Below are positions 26,478 through 35,727 of a stretch of 64,000 nt of DNA, in pieces. Every line of letters starts with the position of its first letter. Position 1 is the first letter of the stretch. This stretch comes from an uncultured Gammaproteobacteria bacterium (GTDB lineage: Bacteria; Patescibacteriota; Patescibacteriia; Patescibacteriales; GWC2-42-12). The translations under genes and the position numbers were made by a program. Under the pieces are notes generated by a model, which did not search any database, was not told the origin of the DNA, and saw nothing but the letters and a program-made list of their open reading frames with translations. The DNA lies in the NCBI GenBank assembly GCA_964467155.1, contig CAYXNZ010000004.1, positions 533 to 64,532 on the forward strand, read 5' to 3'.

Positions 26478-27166
26478 TGGCAAATAGACCAATTTTTATC
26501 CCCAATAAAATCAATAAGCCTTTTGTTACGGAGCAAAATATTGAATTCAAATGGATTCCAGGTATGGCAGTTTCGCAAAAAATGAAAAATGTGAAATCTT
26601 TGCATAAAGCAGTATTGGAAAATCAAAATATTAGAGATATATTAGAAATATCTACTAAATCAGAATTGGAATTGGGCATAAGACTTAGCGCTTTTAATTT
26701 GCGACTAAATTTTGAAAATGGTAAAAAAATTACAGTTGAAGCTGCTTTTCAAGGAAGTAAAGTATTTGAACATGGTGGACCATATCGGAATTTATACTTA
26801 ATGAGCGGACGCGAAATTAAAAAAGATGAACGATTGAAACAATCAGGGGTGTTAATAGGATTTAATTATCAAAATGAGAAATGGCCGCTTGAACCGAAAA
26901 CTGCATTTTATGATTGGTTGTATTTAAAAGCATTATGTGAAAATAAATCGCTTAGCGATAAACTTATGTCTTTCGCTGGGTTTTCAGATATTGAGTTTAA
27001 TCCTAAAAAATCATTGAATTGCCAAGCACGGTCAGCCGCTCTATATCTAGCAATATATAATAAAGTTAATCTTAGTGATTTATTAAGAGATAAAAATAAA
27101 TTTATTAAAGAACTGTATTTGCAATTTAATCCAAAAATTAAAGCAAAACAAAACACTTTATTTTAA
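26477..27166 (+). CDS. Partner of the DarT-like gene; possibly a divergent NADAR (YbiA/DUF1768)-like hydrolase/antitoxin
   Basis: TAATG stop/start overlap with the upstream gene. 'LSAFN..NGKKITVEAAFQGSKVF' resembles YbiA 'FSNF..DGKTWPTSEHYFQAQKF'. No macrodomain motif is present. Confidence 0.35.
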   Translation: MANRPIFIPNKINKPFVTEQNIEFKWIPGMAVSQKMKNVKSLHKAVLENQNIRDILEISTKSELELGIRLSAFNLRLNFENGKKITVEAAFQGSKVFEHGGPYRNLYLMSGREIKKDERLKQSGVLIGFNYQNEKWPLEPKTAFYDWLYLKALCENKSLSDKLMSFAGFSDIEFNPKKSLNCQARSAALYLAIYNKVNLSDLLRDKNKFIKELYLQFNPKIKAKQNTLF

Positions 27167-27215
27167 TTTGCAGTTTATAATTTTATAAAAAATTTTACTA
27201 CAAACAATTTCATTT

Positions 27216-27830
27216 ATGAAAATTAAAAATTGGTTTTTCATTTTTTCATTTTTATTTATTTTAATTCCAGCTGTTCCTATTTTTGCCGGCAATTTATATA
27301 ATTCAAGTTTACAGGGAATAGCACGTGAACAGGGTTGGTTAGCGGAACATATCGGTGGTACATGTAAATATCGTGAGCCAAGCAATGCAGAAATACAAAA
27401 ATTGGAAAAATATTGCAAAGGCTATGAGGGTACTATTTGTTTTAGTGCCGTAGAAAATTTAATTGAGTTTAAAAATTGCAGCACATACGGCAAAGTAATC
27501 GGTATTAAAGATAATAATGTAGTATTTGAACAGAATAATATAAATAATGATGGAATAGATATAATGAAGGACAATGAAAAAATTTTAATAGAGAAAGAAA
27601 ATCTTGTAAATATGGCTATTTCGGGACTATTTAAGTTTATTTTAAACAACAAAAATAAAATTTCATCTCTATTTTCTTTAATTGTAGCTATAGCTATTTT
27701 AAGTGCTAATTATTCACAATGGTGGCATATAACCTATGATGGTAAAATGATAACAAAGAAATGGGTAAAAATATTATTTGGCATAAGCATTTTATTTTTA
27801 ATTATAGCAGGGATTTTAATCCTTCTTTAG
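27216..27830 (+). CDS. Membrane-anchored hypothetical protein (signal peptide plus C-terminal TM helices)
   Basis: Hydrophobic N-terminus, Cys-containing ectodomain and two C-terminal hydrophobic helices. Confidence 0.45.
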   Translation: MKIKNWFFIFSFLFILIPAVPIFAGNLYNSSLQGIAREQGWLAEHIGGTCKYREPSNAEIQKLEKYCKGYEGTICFSAVENLIEFKNCSTYGKVIGIKDNNVVFEQNNINNDGIDIMKDNEKILIEKENLVNMAISGLFKFILNNKNKISSLFSLIVAIAILSANYSQWWHITYDGKMITKKWVKILFGISILFLIIAGILILL

Positions 27831-27837
27831 AATTTAT

Positions 27838-28182
27838 ATGTCTTCTTATTCATTCAAAATTCAAAAAGTTGATCATCCCGGAGATTTGCATGTCCATGTA
27901 TATTATAATGAAGGCAAAAGTCGAAAATTGTTGGGTAAATATAGTATGATTAAATTAAAACCCTTACCCGGTAGCAAATATCAATTGTCCAATAAGGAAA
28001 AAGAAATTCTTAGAAGTTGGTTAAGTAAGCCAGAACAAATAAAAAAATTACAAGATTGTTTAAAGTCAACTGTTTTTAATACACATGAAGTAATTTCAGA
28101 ATTGATGAAGCATGGCCAAATTATAAACAAAAAAGGTGGAACATTTATTACAATTAATATACCGATTGGTGAAAGATTATGA
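27838..28182 (+). CDS. Small hypothetical protein
   Basis: 114-aa ORF starting 7 nt after the upstream gene. 'HPGDLHVHVYY' is faintly DUF4160-like. Confidence 0.4.
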   Translation: MSSYSFKIQKVDHPGDLHVHVYYNEGKSRKLLGKYSMIKLKPLPGSKYQLSNKEKEILRSWLSKPEQIKKLQDCLKSTVFNTHEVISELMKHGQIINKKGGTFITINIPIGERL

Positions 28183-28227
28183 AAAAGTAAGAGATAATTA
28201 ATTTTTAAATAATTTAATTTTAAATTT

Positions 28228-29490
28228 ATGAAAAAACAATTTACAATTTTATCAATTTTAATTTTTGTGGTATTTAGTTATTTCACATTAACCGAACAAG
28301 TATACGCAGAAATAAACAGCAATGATTATCAACTAGACAGCGAACAAATTCAATATTCGATAACACCTTTAGAATTTAATGAAGGAGACAGATCGCCAAT
28401 TGAATTAAAAATCAAAATATTATCTTCAGATTTTGATTATACTGAAATTAGATCCGTCTACTTTCATTTTTATAATTATCCAGATGATATAGATTTTTCT
28501 TTTTCTAAAGGGATTTTTGAAAACGATTGGGATATAAACAATAGAGAGTTTACATTCGATTTTATGATTGATAACTGGTCTGTGAGGCGTAATGCTAAAT
28601 TAGTTTCAATTAATTACGGCATTAAATATTTAAATACTTCGTATTCTATCCCGATTGACAATGGGTCACAAATAATTGTTGTCCCGAAAGTTCCAGTCGA
28701 CTGTACTTTTTTTACATACTCCGATTGGTCAACTTGTTTCGTTAATGGCCAGCAAACACGAACCGTTATTTATTCTAGCCCAAGCGGTTGTAGCGGTGGT
28801 AGCCCTATTTTAACACAATCGTGTATCTACTCTCCGACCTGCACATTATGGACATATTCCGATTGGAGCGAATGCATAAATGGACAACAAACAAGAAGTA
28901 TCACATCCTCTTCTCCTGAGAATTGTATTGACGGTAATCCTATTTTAAGCCAAACATGTCAGGTGAAAATAGAAATAAATAATACTGATGATATGAATAA
29001 TAGTGATCAAATAACAGAAAATAATAATACTAATAATTTCAGTAATCAAAACTATTCTAACAGCCAAAGCGTAATCCAAGAAGAAAAATCTCTAATAACC
29101 AAAATAGACAAAAATTTATCAAAAAGAGTAAGCGGTAATATTTTATTGCAAGTAGAAAAAAACGGCGAAGGGTGGTATGTTTATCCAGATAACCAGAAAA
29201 AATATTATTTAGGCAGGCCGGCAGACGCATTCAGCATAATGCGGAATTTAGGATTAGGAATTGCACACAGCGAATTGAATAATTATCTTAATTCAACATT
29301 CCCAAGCAGACTGTCAGGAAAAATAATGCTGGATGTTGAAAAAAACGGTGAAGCGTATTATGTTAACCCCAGTGATTTAAAAGGATATTATCTTGATAGG
29401 CCGGCAGACGCTTTTAGAATAATGAGAGAATTAGGATTAGGCATTACTAATACTGATATAAGAAAAATTGACGTTGGGGAAGTTAAATAA
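28228..29490 (+). CDS. Secreted repeat protein: two Cys-containing WS-type repeats and a duplicated C-terminal ~48-aa module
   Basis: Signal peptide present. 'YSDWSTC..NGQQTRTV' and 'YSDWSEC.INGQQTRSI' form one repeat pair. 'VEKNGE.WYV.P....YYLGRPADAF.IMR.LGLGI' occurs twice. Confidence 0.55.
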   Translation: MKKQFTILSILIFVVFSYFTLTEQVYAEINSNDYQLDSEQIQYSITPLEFNEGDRSPIELKIKILSSDFDYTEIRSVYFHFYNYPDDIDFSFSKGIFENDWDINNREFTFDFMIDNWSVRRNAKLVSINYGIKYLNTSYSIPIDNGSQIIVVPKVPVDCTFFTYSDWSTCFVNGQQTRTVIYSSPSGCSGGSPILTQSCIYSPTCTLWTYSDWSECINGQQTRSITSSSPENCIDGNPILSQTCQVKIEINNTDDMNNSDQITENNNTNNFSNQNYSNSQSVIQEEKSLITKIDKNLSKRVSGNILLQVEKNGEGWYVYPDNQKKYYLGRPADAFSIMRNLGLGIAHSELNNYLNSTFPSRLSGKIMLDVEKNGEAYYVNPSDLKGYYLDRPADAFRIMRELGLGITNTDIRKIDVGEVK

Positions 29491-29607
29491 AATCCTACGT
29501 GGATAACAAAAAAATACGCCAATGGCATAAAACAATTAATATAATAATTGTTTAAGATGGATGATATGGACTAATACATGCCGCCGTTTTTTTGTTTCAA
29601 TATATTA

Positions 29608-29616
29608 TGTTATAAT
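29608..29616 (+). promoter_or_regulatory. Extended -10 element TGTTATAAT, 6 nt upstream of an ATG
   Basis: Read directly. The geometry is the same as at 15663-15678. Confidence 0.4.
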
Positions 29617-29622
29617 ATAAAG

Positions 29623-30831
29623 ATGAAAAGAAAAATATTAATAAAATTATTAATAGTAGTTTTTATTTTTTCTACACCACTTGGCGTAGTTGCTGAAGAC
29701 GGAAATGAAGAAATAAAATTGTTAAATAAGGATATTCAGGCGAAGCAGGCAGAATTGAAGAAAAATCAAGAGAAACAAAGTGTCTATAGTAAAATAATAG
29801 CGCAAAAACAAAAAGAAAAAGCTAGTTTATCAAACCAGTTGGCTATTTTGGACAATAGATTGGCTAAGGCGGAATTAGATATAGAAAATACGAATATAGA
29901 TATGGATAGGGCTAATCTTGAAATAAAAAAAGTTGATTTAGAAATTCAAGATAAGGATGAAAAAATTAATCGACAGAAAGATCATATTTCCAGTGTATTG
30001 CATCTCATTCAAAAGCAAGACAACAAGTCTTTAATGGAAATATTATTACTTAATAATTCTTTTGCTGACTTTGTTAATCAAGTTAAATATTTAGAAGATA
30101 TAAATAATGAAATAAGTAAAAGTTTAGATTCGTTAAATGAGTACAAAATACAATTGGAAGAACAGAAGGATGCATTAACTGAAAAGAAGAGAGAGTTAGC
30201 ATCATTAAAATCACAGTTAGAAGAACAGCAAAAAGCTTTGACAGGAGAAAAAGAAAATAAAAATTATATAATTGATCAAACTAAATCTTCTGAAACAGAA
30301 TATCAAAGATTATTAACAGAAGCGAGGAGAGAACAAGAGCAAGCCGCAGCAGAAATTATTAGTTTAGAAAAAGCGGTTAGGTCAAAGTTATTAACTATAA
30401 GCGGTGATGCACTAGAGTTTAATGACAATGGTTTAATTTGGCCAGTGACGAAAAACGTAATTACAGCTTATTTTCATGACCCCGACTACCCATTTAAATA
30501 TATTTTTGAACATCCAGGCATAGATATTCGAGCAGGACAGGGGACAACGTTAAGAGTAGCTGCTTCTGGCTATGTTGCTCGTGCTAAAGATGCCGGAATG
30601 GGCTATAATTATATTATGATTGTGCACGGAGATGGTTTGGCGACTGTTTATGGTCATGTATCAAAAATTTATGTTGCAGATGACGAATACGTTATTCAAG
30701 GTCAGGCGATAGGTAAGAGTGGTGGTATGCCAGGCACACCAGGTGCTGGTAGATTAACTACAGGTCCACATTTACATTTTGAAGTTAGATTAAATGGTAT
30801 TCCGGTTAATCCATTAGAATATTTACCATAA
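29623..30831 (+). CDS. M23-family peptidoglycan metalloendopeptidase with an N-terminal coiled coil (EnvC-like)
   Basis: Signal helix and a long coiled coil. The C-terminal 'HPGIDI', 'YGH' and 'GPHLHFEVR' are M23 motifs. I prefer the ATG at 29623 over the track start at 29578. Confidence 0.8.
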   Translation: MKRKILIKLLIVVFIFSTPLGVVAEDGNEEIKLLNKDIQAKQAELKKNQEKQSVYSKIIAQKQKEKASLSNQLAILDNRLAKAELDIENTNIDMDRANLEIKKVDLEIQDKDEKINRQKDHISSVLHLIQKQDNKSLMEILLLNNSFADFVNQVKYLEDINNEISKSLDSLNEYKIQLEEQKDALTEKKRELASLKSQLEEQQKALTGEKENKNYIIDQTKSSETEYQRLLTEARREQEQAAAEIISLEKAVRSKLLTISGDALEFNDNGLIWPVTKNVITAYFHDPDYPFKYIFEHPGIDIRAGQGTTLRVAASGYVARAKDAGMGYNYIMIVHGDGLATVYGHVSKIYVADDEYVIQGQAIGKSGGMPGTPGAGRLTTGPHLHFEVRLNGIPVNPLEYLP

Positions 30832-30849
30832 TATACAATAATATTTTTT

Positions 30850-31392
30850 ATGAAAAAAAATAAAATAAATAAAAATGGTTTTACTTTAATAGAACTTTTG
30901 GTTGTTATCAGTATAATAGGTTTTCTCGCAGTAGCTTCAGTAGTTATATTCAATAATGCTAGAATGAAGGGGCGAGATGCTCAAAGAATAGTTAATATTA
31001 GCCAAATAAGCAAAGCATTAGACTTATATTACGACAAATATAGCCATTGGCCAGATCCTTCTTCTGATGAATGCAGTGAAGGCTGGGATGAGGGTTTTTG
31101 TGAAGAAGATGAAGGAGACGATTTTATTCAAGCTTTAAAAAGTGAAGGTCTAATGAATCAAACCCCGGGTGATCCACTTTTTTCTGGCGCTCAAGCTTTC
31201 AAATATTACGTTTACGAAGAGGGAAGTGAAGGTTGTGATTCAAGCAAAGGTAAGTTCTACGTCCTAGGGATTACCGATCTTGAAACAGACGTTAGACCAA
31301 CAACAAAATACAGTGGCAGTGGTTTCTCTTGTCCTAATCGTGATTGGCAGGATGAGTTTGATTATGTTGTTGGTAAGTTTGAAGTCAATTAA
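30850..31392 (+). CDS. Type IV pilin-like protein (prepilin N-terminal methylation motif)
   Basis: 'NGFTLIELLVVISIIGFLA' is a class III signal / N-methylation site. Confidence 0.75.
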   Translation: MKKNKINKNGFTLIELLVVISIIGFLAVASVVIFNNARMKGRDAQRIVNISQISKALDLYYDKYSHWPDPSSDECSEGWDEGFCEEDEGDDFIQALKSEGLMNQTPGDPLFSGAQAFKYYVYEEGSEGCDSSKGKFYVLGITDLETDVRPTTKYSGSGFSCPNRDWQDEFDYVVGKFEVN

Positions 31393-31426
31393 GATGATTT
31401 AACGGAAAAACAATTTTATATTATTT

Positions 31427-31460
31427 AAACCGCGTTTTTATGTTAACGCGGTTTTTTTTG
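31427..31460 (+). terminator. Intrinsic terminator after the pilin gene
   Basis: AAACCGCGTT...AACGCGGTTT hairpin followed by a T-run. Confidence 0.7.
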
Positions 31461-31964
31461 TGCAATAGGGTGTCAGGATAGAGAGGAGTAAACTAAATGA
31501 TTTACTTGCCAGAGTATATTTATTGGAATTTAAATTATTTTTTTAAATATATAAAATTTTATTTATTTTTTTTAAATCTATTTTTATTAGATAAGAGCCA
31601 ACTCAATAGAGGATATAATATAAATGTATTATAATAGCGTCGCACAATATAACTTATGCGACGCTACAGTATTGATTTTGGTGTATTTTGAGGTAGCTCT
31701 AGTATATAGTAAGCCCTAATATATGTATTTCTGGATTAAACATTAACAATACCTTTAATAATAGTAAAAATAATCCAGCCGATAGTATTGCGTAAACTAT
31801 TAATGCCAATATAAATATTGATACAAATACTTTTTCCATTTTTATTTATTTTAATCGTTTTATTATCTCTTTACCCTCATTATATCAAATATGATGTTTT
31901 TTTTAAATAGCTTTACTATTCCTCTACCCTACACTACTCTTTTCACATTATGTGTCGCAAAATA

Positions 31965-32837
31965 TTATTCATAAAAAATTAATTCTCCATATCTTAAATC
32001 AATTTTTTTAAGTTTAATATAGTCATCTTTTAATGTTTGATTGATTAGAATGTTAAACTTGTTTATTTGACCTTCAAGCTGTTCCTGTGGGTTAAACTTT
32101 ATTATTGGCCCTTGAATAATCATTACTTTTACTGTATTTAGCTCATCGTCTAGCAAAAACTTTTCAATTTTGAAGGGATAATTATTTTTATTTAAGGTTT
32201 CAAATAGTTCAATAATAAATTTCAATTGATTCTTATCTTGTTCGTTAATATTCTTTTCAATAATATAACTAGATGATTGATTATCAATTAGGGGAAAATT
32301 CTTTTGAGTTATTTCTAATGGTTCGACCTCTTCAATGATATTGCCATCACTATCTATATAGTAGTAAATGTCATTTTCATGCCAGATGGCTGAATTTTTT
32401 GTTTCTACGATAGATGTAATAATGGTTGATGGGAAATCTTTTTTTATTATAATTTTTTCAAGACAATATTTATCTTTTAGATCATCAATTAATGTCTGCC
32501 TATTGAATAAGAAAATATTTTTTTGAATGTTTAAATGTGATGACATCTGTTTACTTATTATGTCTTGTATATCTTTTTGCTGTATTCGTTCGTTGCCTAT
32601 GATATTTATTTCGGTAATTTCAAAAACTGGTGAAAAGAAAAAGAACCATGATAATCCAAAAAGCAAGACTACAATCTCGGTAGCTATAAGTTTAATTCTG
32701 CGTGAACATTTTGTTGAGAAATTTTTTTTGGTTCGAGATTTTTTAAAAAAAGGATTACGATACTCTTTTTTATTATAAACATAATGCTTGCCAGCACGTT
32801 TTAGAGTTCGTTTTTTAGGATAATTGTTATTAAGCAT
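31965..32837 (-). CDS. ftsQ: FtsQ/DivIB-like cell-division protein
   Basis: Basic N-terminus, one TM helix, then a POTRA-like 'ITEINIIGNERI' start. It lies next to Mur/Ddl genes. Confidence 0.55.
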   Translation of the reverse strand: MLNNNYPKKRTLKRAGKHYVYNKKEYRNPFFKKSRTKKNFSTKCSRRIKLIATEIVVLLFGLSWFFFFSPVFEITEINIIGNERIQQKDIQDIISKQMSSHLNIQKNIFLFNRQTLIDDLKDKYCLEKIIIKKDFPSTIITSIVETKNSAIWHENDIYYYIDSDGNIIEEVEPLEITQKNFPLIDNQSSSYIIEKNINEQDKNQLKFIIELFETLNKNNYPFKIEKFLLDDELNTVKVMIIQGPIIKFNPQEQLEGQINKFNILINQTLKDDYIKLKKIDLRYGELIFYE

Positions 32838-33602
32838 TTAGTTTATAAATTTATCAATTTTGTGATTGATTATTTCAGAAATTAAATTACTGTAAATATG
32901 ATGATGACCAAAACGATTTATTGTCCGAGTTTTTTGACTAGTTGGTTTTATAAGATTAAATTTTTGTCCATTTGGAGTTTTAATGATTTCGTCTGCTTGC
33001 CAGCACTCCCCTACTTCTTTAATTTTTGTATTTATACCAAAAAATATTAATTCAGCTTTTGATTTATATTTTAAATTTTTTATAGCAGTGTTATCTTTGT
33101 TTAGCAAAATTAATCCACCAGAAGATGTTCTGTTTAATAGATATTCATACTCCCCTATTAATTCATCCATATCGTTAAAAGCTTCGCGATATCTCTGAGT
33201 TATATCTGTTATTATAACAATTTTTGGTTGGATAATGGTTAATAAAAATTTCATGTCTCCCGGATCAGAAATTCCCAATTCTAGTACTAGTATTTTAGGA
33301 AAATTTTTGCTAAAAATAGCCAAAAAAGACCTAAATATTATTTTTACCCACAAATTGTAAGAGTTATATCCGCTAGGTAAATTAAGTATGGCTAGAGGTA
33401 ATCCAATTTCAGTATTAAAACTTTTAGGATTGGATCTCACATTAAAATTTCGTTTAGCTAACGATTGTTTAATTTCATCTTTAACAAAAGTTTTATTGGT
33501 ACTTCCGGCAATAGCAATGACCAGAGGAGAATGTATGGCTAATATTATTTTGGTTAAAAATTTTAAATAATATTTTAGAATTGTTTTCAAGAATATTTTC
33601 AT
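32838..33602 (-). CDS. Degenerate MurF-like Mur-ligase paralogue lacking the C-terminal domain
   Basis: Collinear with the first ~250 aa of the window's MurF: 'IAIAGSTNKT' vs 'GVTGSVGKTS', 'FNTEIGLPLA' vs 'YNNEIGLPLT', 'LVLELGISDPGDM' vs 'LVLEMGVDRPGDM'. Confidence 0.55.
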   Translation of the reverse strand: MKIFLKTILKYYLKFLTKIILAIHSPLVIAIAGSTNKTFVKDEIKQSLAKRNFNVRSNPKSFNTEIGLPLAILNLPSGYNSYNLWVKIIFRSFLAIFSKNFPKILVLELGISDPGDMKFLLTIIQPKIVIITDITQRYREAFNDMDELIGEYEYLLNRTSSGGLILLNKDNTAIKNLKYKSKAELIFFGINTKIKEVGECWQADEIIKTPNGQKFNLIKPTSQKTRTINRFGHHHIYSNLISEIINHKIDKFIN

Positions 33603-33614
33603 AGATTATTATTT

Positions 33615-34775
33615 TTATTTAAAATATTCATCCATTCTATTAAAGGCTTCATTAATGGTTTTTTCATCACGGCCAAAATTGATTCTTACATGACCTTCGC
33701 CATTCGGACCAAATGCCATGCCAGGCACAACCGCAACTTGAATTTTTTTGAGTAAATCAATTGAAAACATCCATGAATCGTTTGTCGTCTTTATTCTTGG
33801 AAAAACAAAATATGAACTGTCTGGTTTTATGTAAGAAAATGTTTTATTTAGTTTGTCTAATCTGTGACAAGCTAAATCTCTTCTTCTCTTGTATGCTTGC
33901 CAGAAGAAATCAATATCCTTGTCACCCATTTCTAGCGCACCCATGGCGGCGTATTGAGAAATGACCGGTGCACAAGTAACTAAGCAATCATGTACTTTTA
34001 ATATTTCTTTTATGTTTTTTTCGTCACTGTGTAAATAACCAACTCGCCAACCAGTCATAGCATAAGCTTTGGAAAAACTAAACAATCTCACAACGCGATG
34101 TCTTAGTTCCTTAACCTCTGCTAAGGAAAAAATAGGTTCATTAGCTATCTTTTTATTGTAATCAATCAAATCTTTATAAACCTCGTCTGATATCAAGTAG
34201 AGATTATGTTTTTTTGCTAATTCGGCTAAACCAAGTAACTGTTGTTTATTGTAAATTGTACCAGTTGGATTATTGGGGTTACAATAAAATATTGCTTTAG
34301 TTTTTTCAGTTATCAACTCTTCATATTTATTAAGTTCAAAAGTCCAGCCAGAATCTTCATTCAAGGGTACAAAAACTGGTTTGCAACCAGCCAACACAAT
34401 AACTTCTCGATAAGAAGTATAGGTTGGCTCAGGAATCAATATTTCGTCGCCTGGATTTGTCAAAGCTAAAATAGTCGCAGTAATACCCTCTATTGAGCCA
34501 GCAGTAACAATTATTTCTTTCTGCCAATCATAATACATATTTTCTTTTGCTAAGGAGTATTCAATTAGCTCTCTTAGCTCAGGTAAGCCAGGCGAAAGTG
34601 AGTATTGTGCGACTACGCCTCTATTTAATGCATTTTCCACTCTCCTTTTAATACATCCGGGCGTATCAAAGCTTGGAATGCCTTGAGCTAGAGAAACTAC
34701 ATTTGGATATTTAGTAGCTTCCAACTCGATTTGTTTAATAATAGATAGTCTTAAATCTTTTACTCTGTCAAACAT
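33615..34775 (-). CDS. PLP-dependent aminotransferase, class I/II
   Basis: 'SFSKAYAMTGWRVGY' is the Lys-PLP motif and 'NPNNPTG' is also present. Confidence 0.8.
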   Translation of the reverse strand: MFDRVKDLRLSIIKQIELEATKYPNVVSLAQGIPSFDTPGCIKRRVENALNRGVVAQYSLSPGLPELRELIEYSLAKENMYYDWQKEIIVTAGSIEGITATILALTNPGDEILIPEPTYTSYREVIVLAGCKPVFVPLNEDSGWTFELNKYEELITEKTKAIFYCNPNNPTGTIYNKQQLLGLAELAKKHNLYLISDEVYKDLIDYNKKIANEPIFSLAEVKELRHRVVRLFSFSKAYAMTGWRVGYLHSDEKNIKEILKVHDCLVTCAPVISQYAAMGALEMGDKDIDFFWQAYKRRRDLACHRLDKLNKTFSYIKPDSSYFVFPRIKTTNDSWMFSIDLLKKIQVAVVPGMAFGPNGEGHVRINFGRDEKTINEAFNRMDEYFK

Positions 34776-35715
34776 TTTTATTTAAATTATTATCTATAAT
34801 TTTTTCTAAAAAATCAGAAAATTTAACACCAGAAGCTTTTATTGATTTTGGTACGAGAGATAAGTCTGTGAAGCCAGGTATAGTATTTAATTCAAGAAAA
34901 TAAAATTTATTATCCTTTTCATTCCATATAAAATCAGATCGAGTCAAATCTTTACAACCCAAGGCTTGATGGATTTCTACGGCTTGTTTTTGTAATTTTG
35001 TAGAAATATCCTTCGGAATAATTGCTGGGCATATTTCTTCACTAGCATCTTTTTTGTATTTAGCTTTGTAATCAAACCAATCGGAAATTTTTGGTATAAT
35101 TTCGATTATGGGCAAGGCTTTTGTTTTATTTTTTGTTTCAATTACAGTGACAGTAAATTCTCTGCCTCTAATAAATTCTTCCAAGATTATTTTTTTGTCA
35201 TACTGAAAAGCTAGTTTAATTCCTTTCTTTAATTCTTTTATATCTTTAGCTATAGTCATGCCGATAGAAGAGCCAGTTTTAGCCGGTTTAATTACTATCG
35301 GTAGTGGTATTTTTTTTGTTATTTGTTGAATATTTATTTTATTTTTTTTAACAATCACCGTATCTTCAGGTGCGCTTAAGCCGATTGATTTCGCGAGCAA
35401 TTTGGTAAAAGGTTTATCTATTGCTAGAACGCTTGCTGAACAATCAGAAAAGACATAAGGAATGCCTAGAAAGTCTAGCATCCCTTGCAATTTGCCATCT
35501 TCACCATTTTTTCCGTGTAATATTGGTAGTACTAAATCGAAATCTCCATCCACTGCATCAAGAATAAATTTAGTTAAATTTTTTTTCAGATCATATCTCT
35601 TTATTTTGTATTTACCTCCACACAAAGCCATGTAGACAGCTTGGCCGCTCATTAAAGATATCTCGCTCTCCTCCGAGTCGCCACCAGCGATCAAGGCGAT
35701 ACATGGTTTTTGCAT
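34768..35715 (-). CDS. ddl: D-alanine--D-alanine ligase
   Basis: 'LPILHGKNGEDGKLQGMLD' and the ATP-grasp tail 'ELNTIPGFT'. Confidence 0.85.
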   Translation of the reverse strand: MQKPCIALIAGGDSEESEISLMSGQAVYMALCGGKYKIKRYDLKKNLTKFILDAVDGDFDLVLPILHGKNGEDGKLQGMLDFLGIPYVFSDCSASVLAIDKPFTKLLAKSIGLSAPEDTVIVKKNKINIQQITKKIPLPIVIKPAKTGSSIGMTIAKDIKELKKGIKLAFQYDKKIILEEFIRGREFTVTVIETKNKTKALPIIEIIPKISDWFDYKAKYKKDASEEICPAIIPKDISTKLQKQAVEIHQALGCKDLTRSDFIWNEKDNKFYFLELNTIPGFTDLSLVPKSIKASGVKFSDFLEKIIDNNLNKNV

Positions 35716-35727
35716 AATATAAAAAAT

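Noticed and set aside
29491-29510. DnaA box or oriC, prompted by 'GTGGATAA' at ~29499 and the strand-switch points at ~13.7, ~22.7 and ~31.7 kb.
   Set aside because: There is a single 8/9 match with no cluster, and no dnaA or dnaN nearby. Strand switches alone are not evidence.
29578-29622. The upstream start (MPPFFCFNILCYNIK...) for the M23 peptidase, and the upstream start at 5876 for the lipoprotein.
   Set aside because: The internal ATGs (29623 and 5831) are directly followed by signal-peptide-like sequences. They are preceded by a promoter -10 element and by a GGAGGAGGA RBS respectively.
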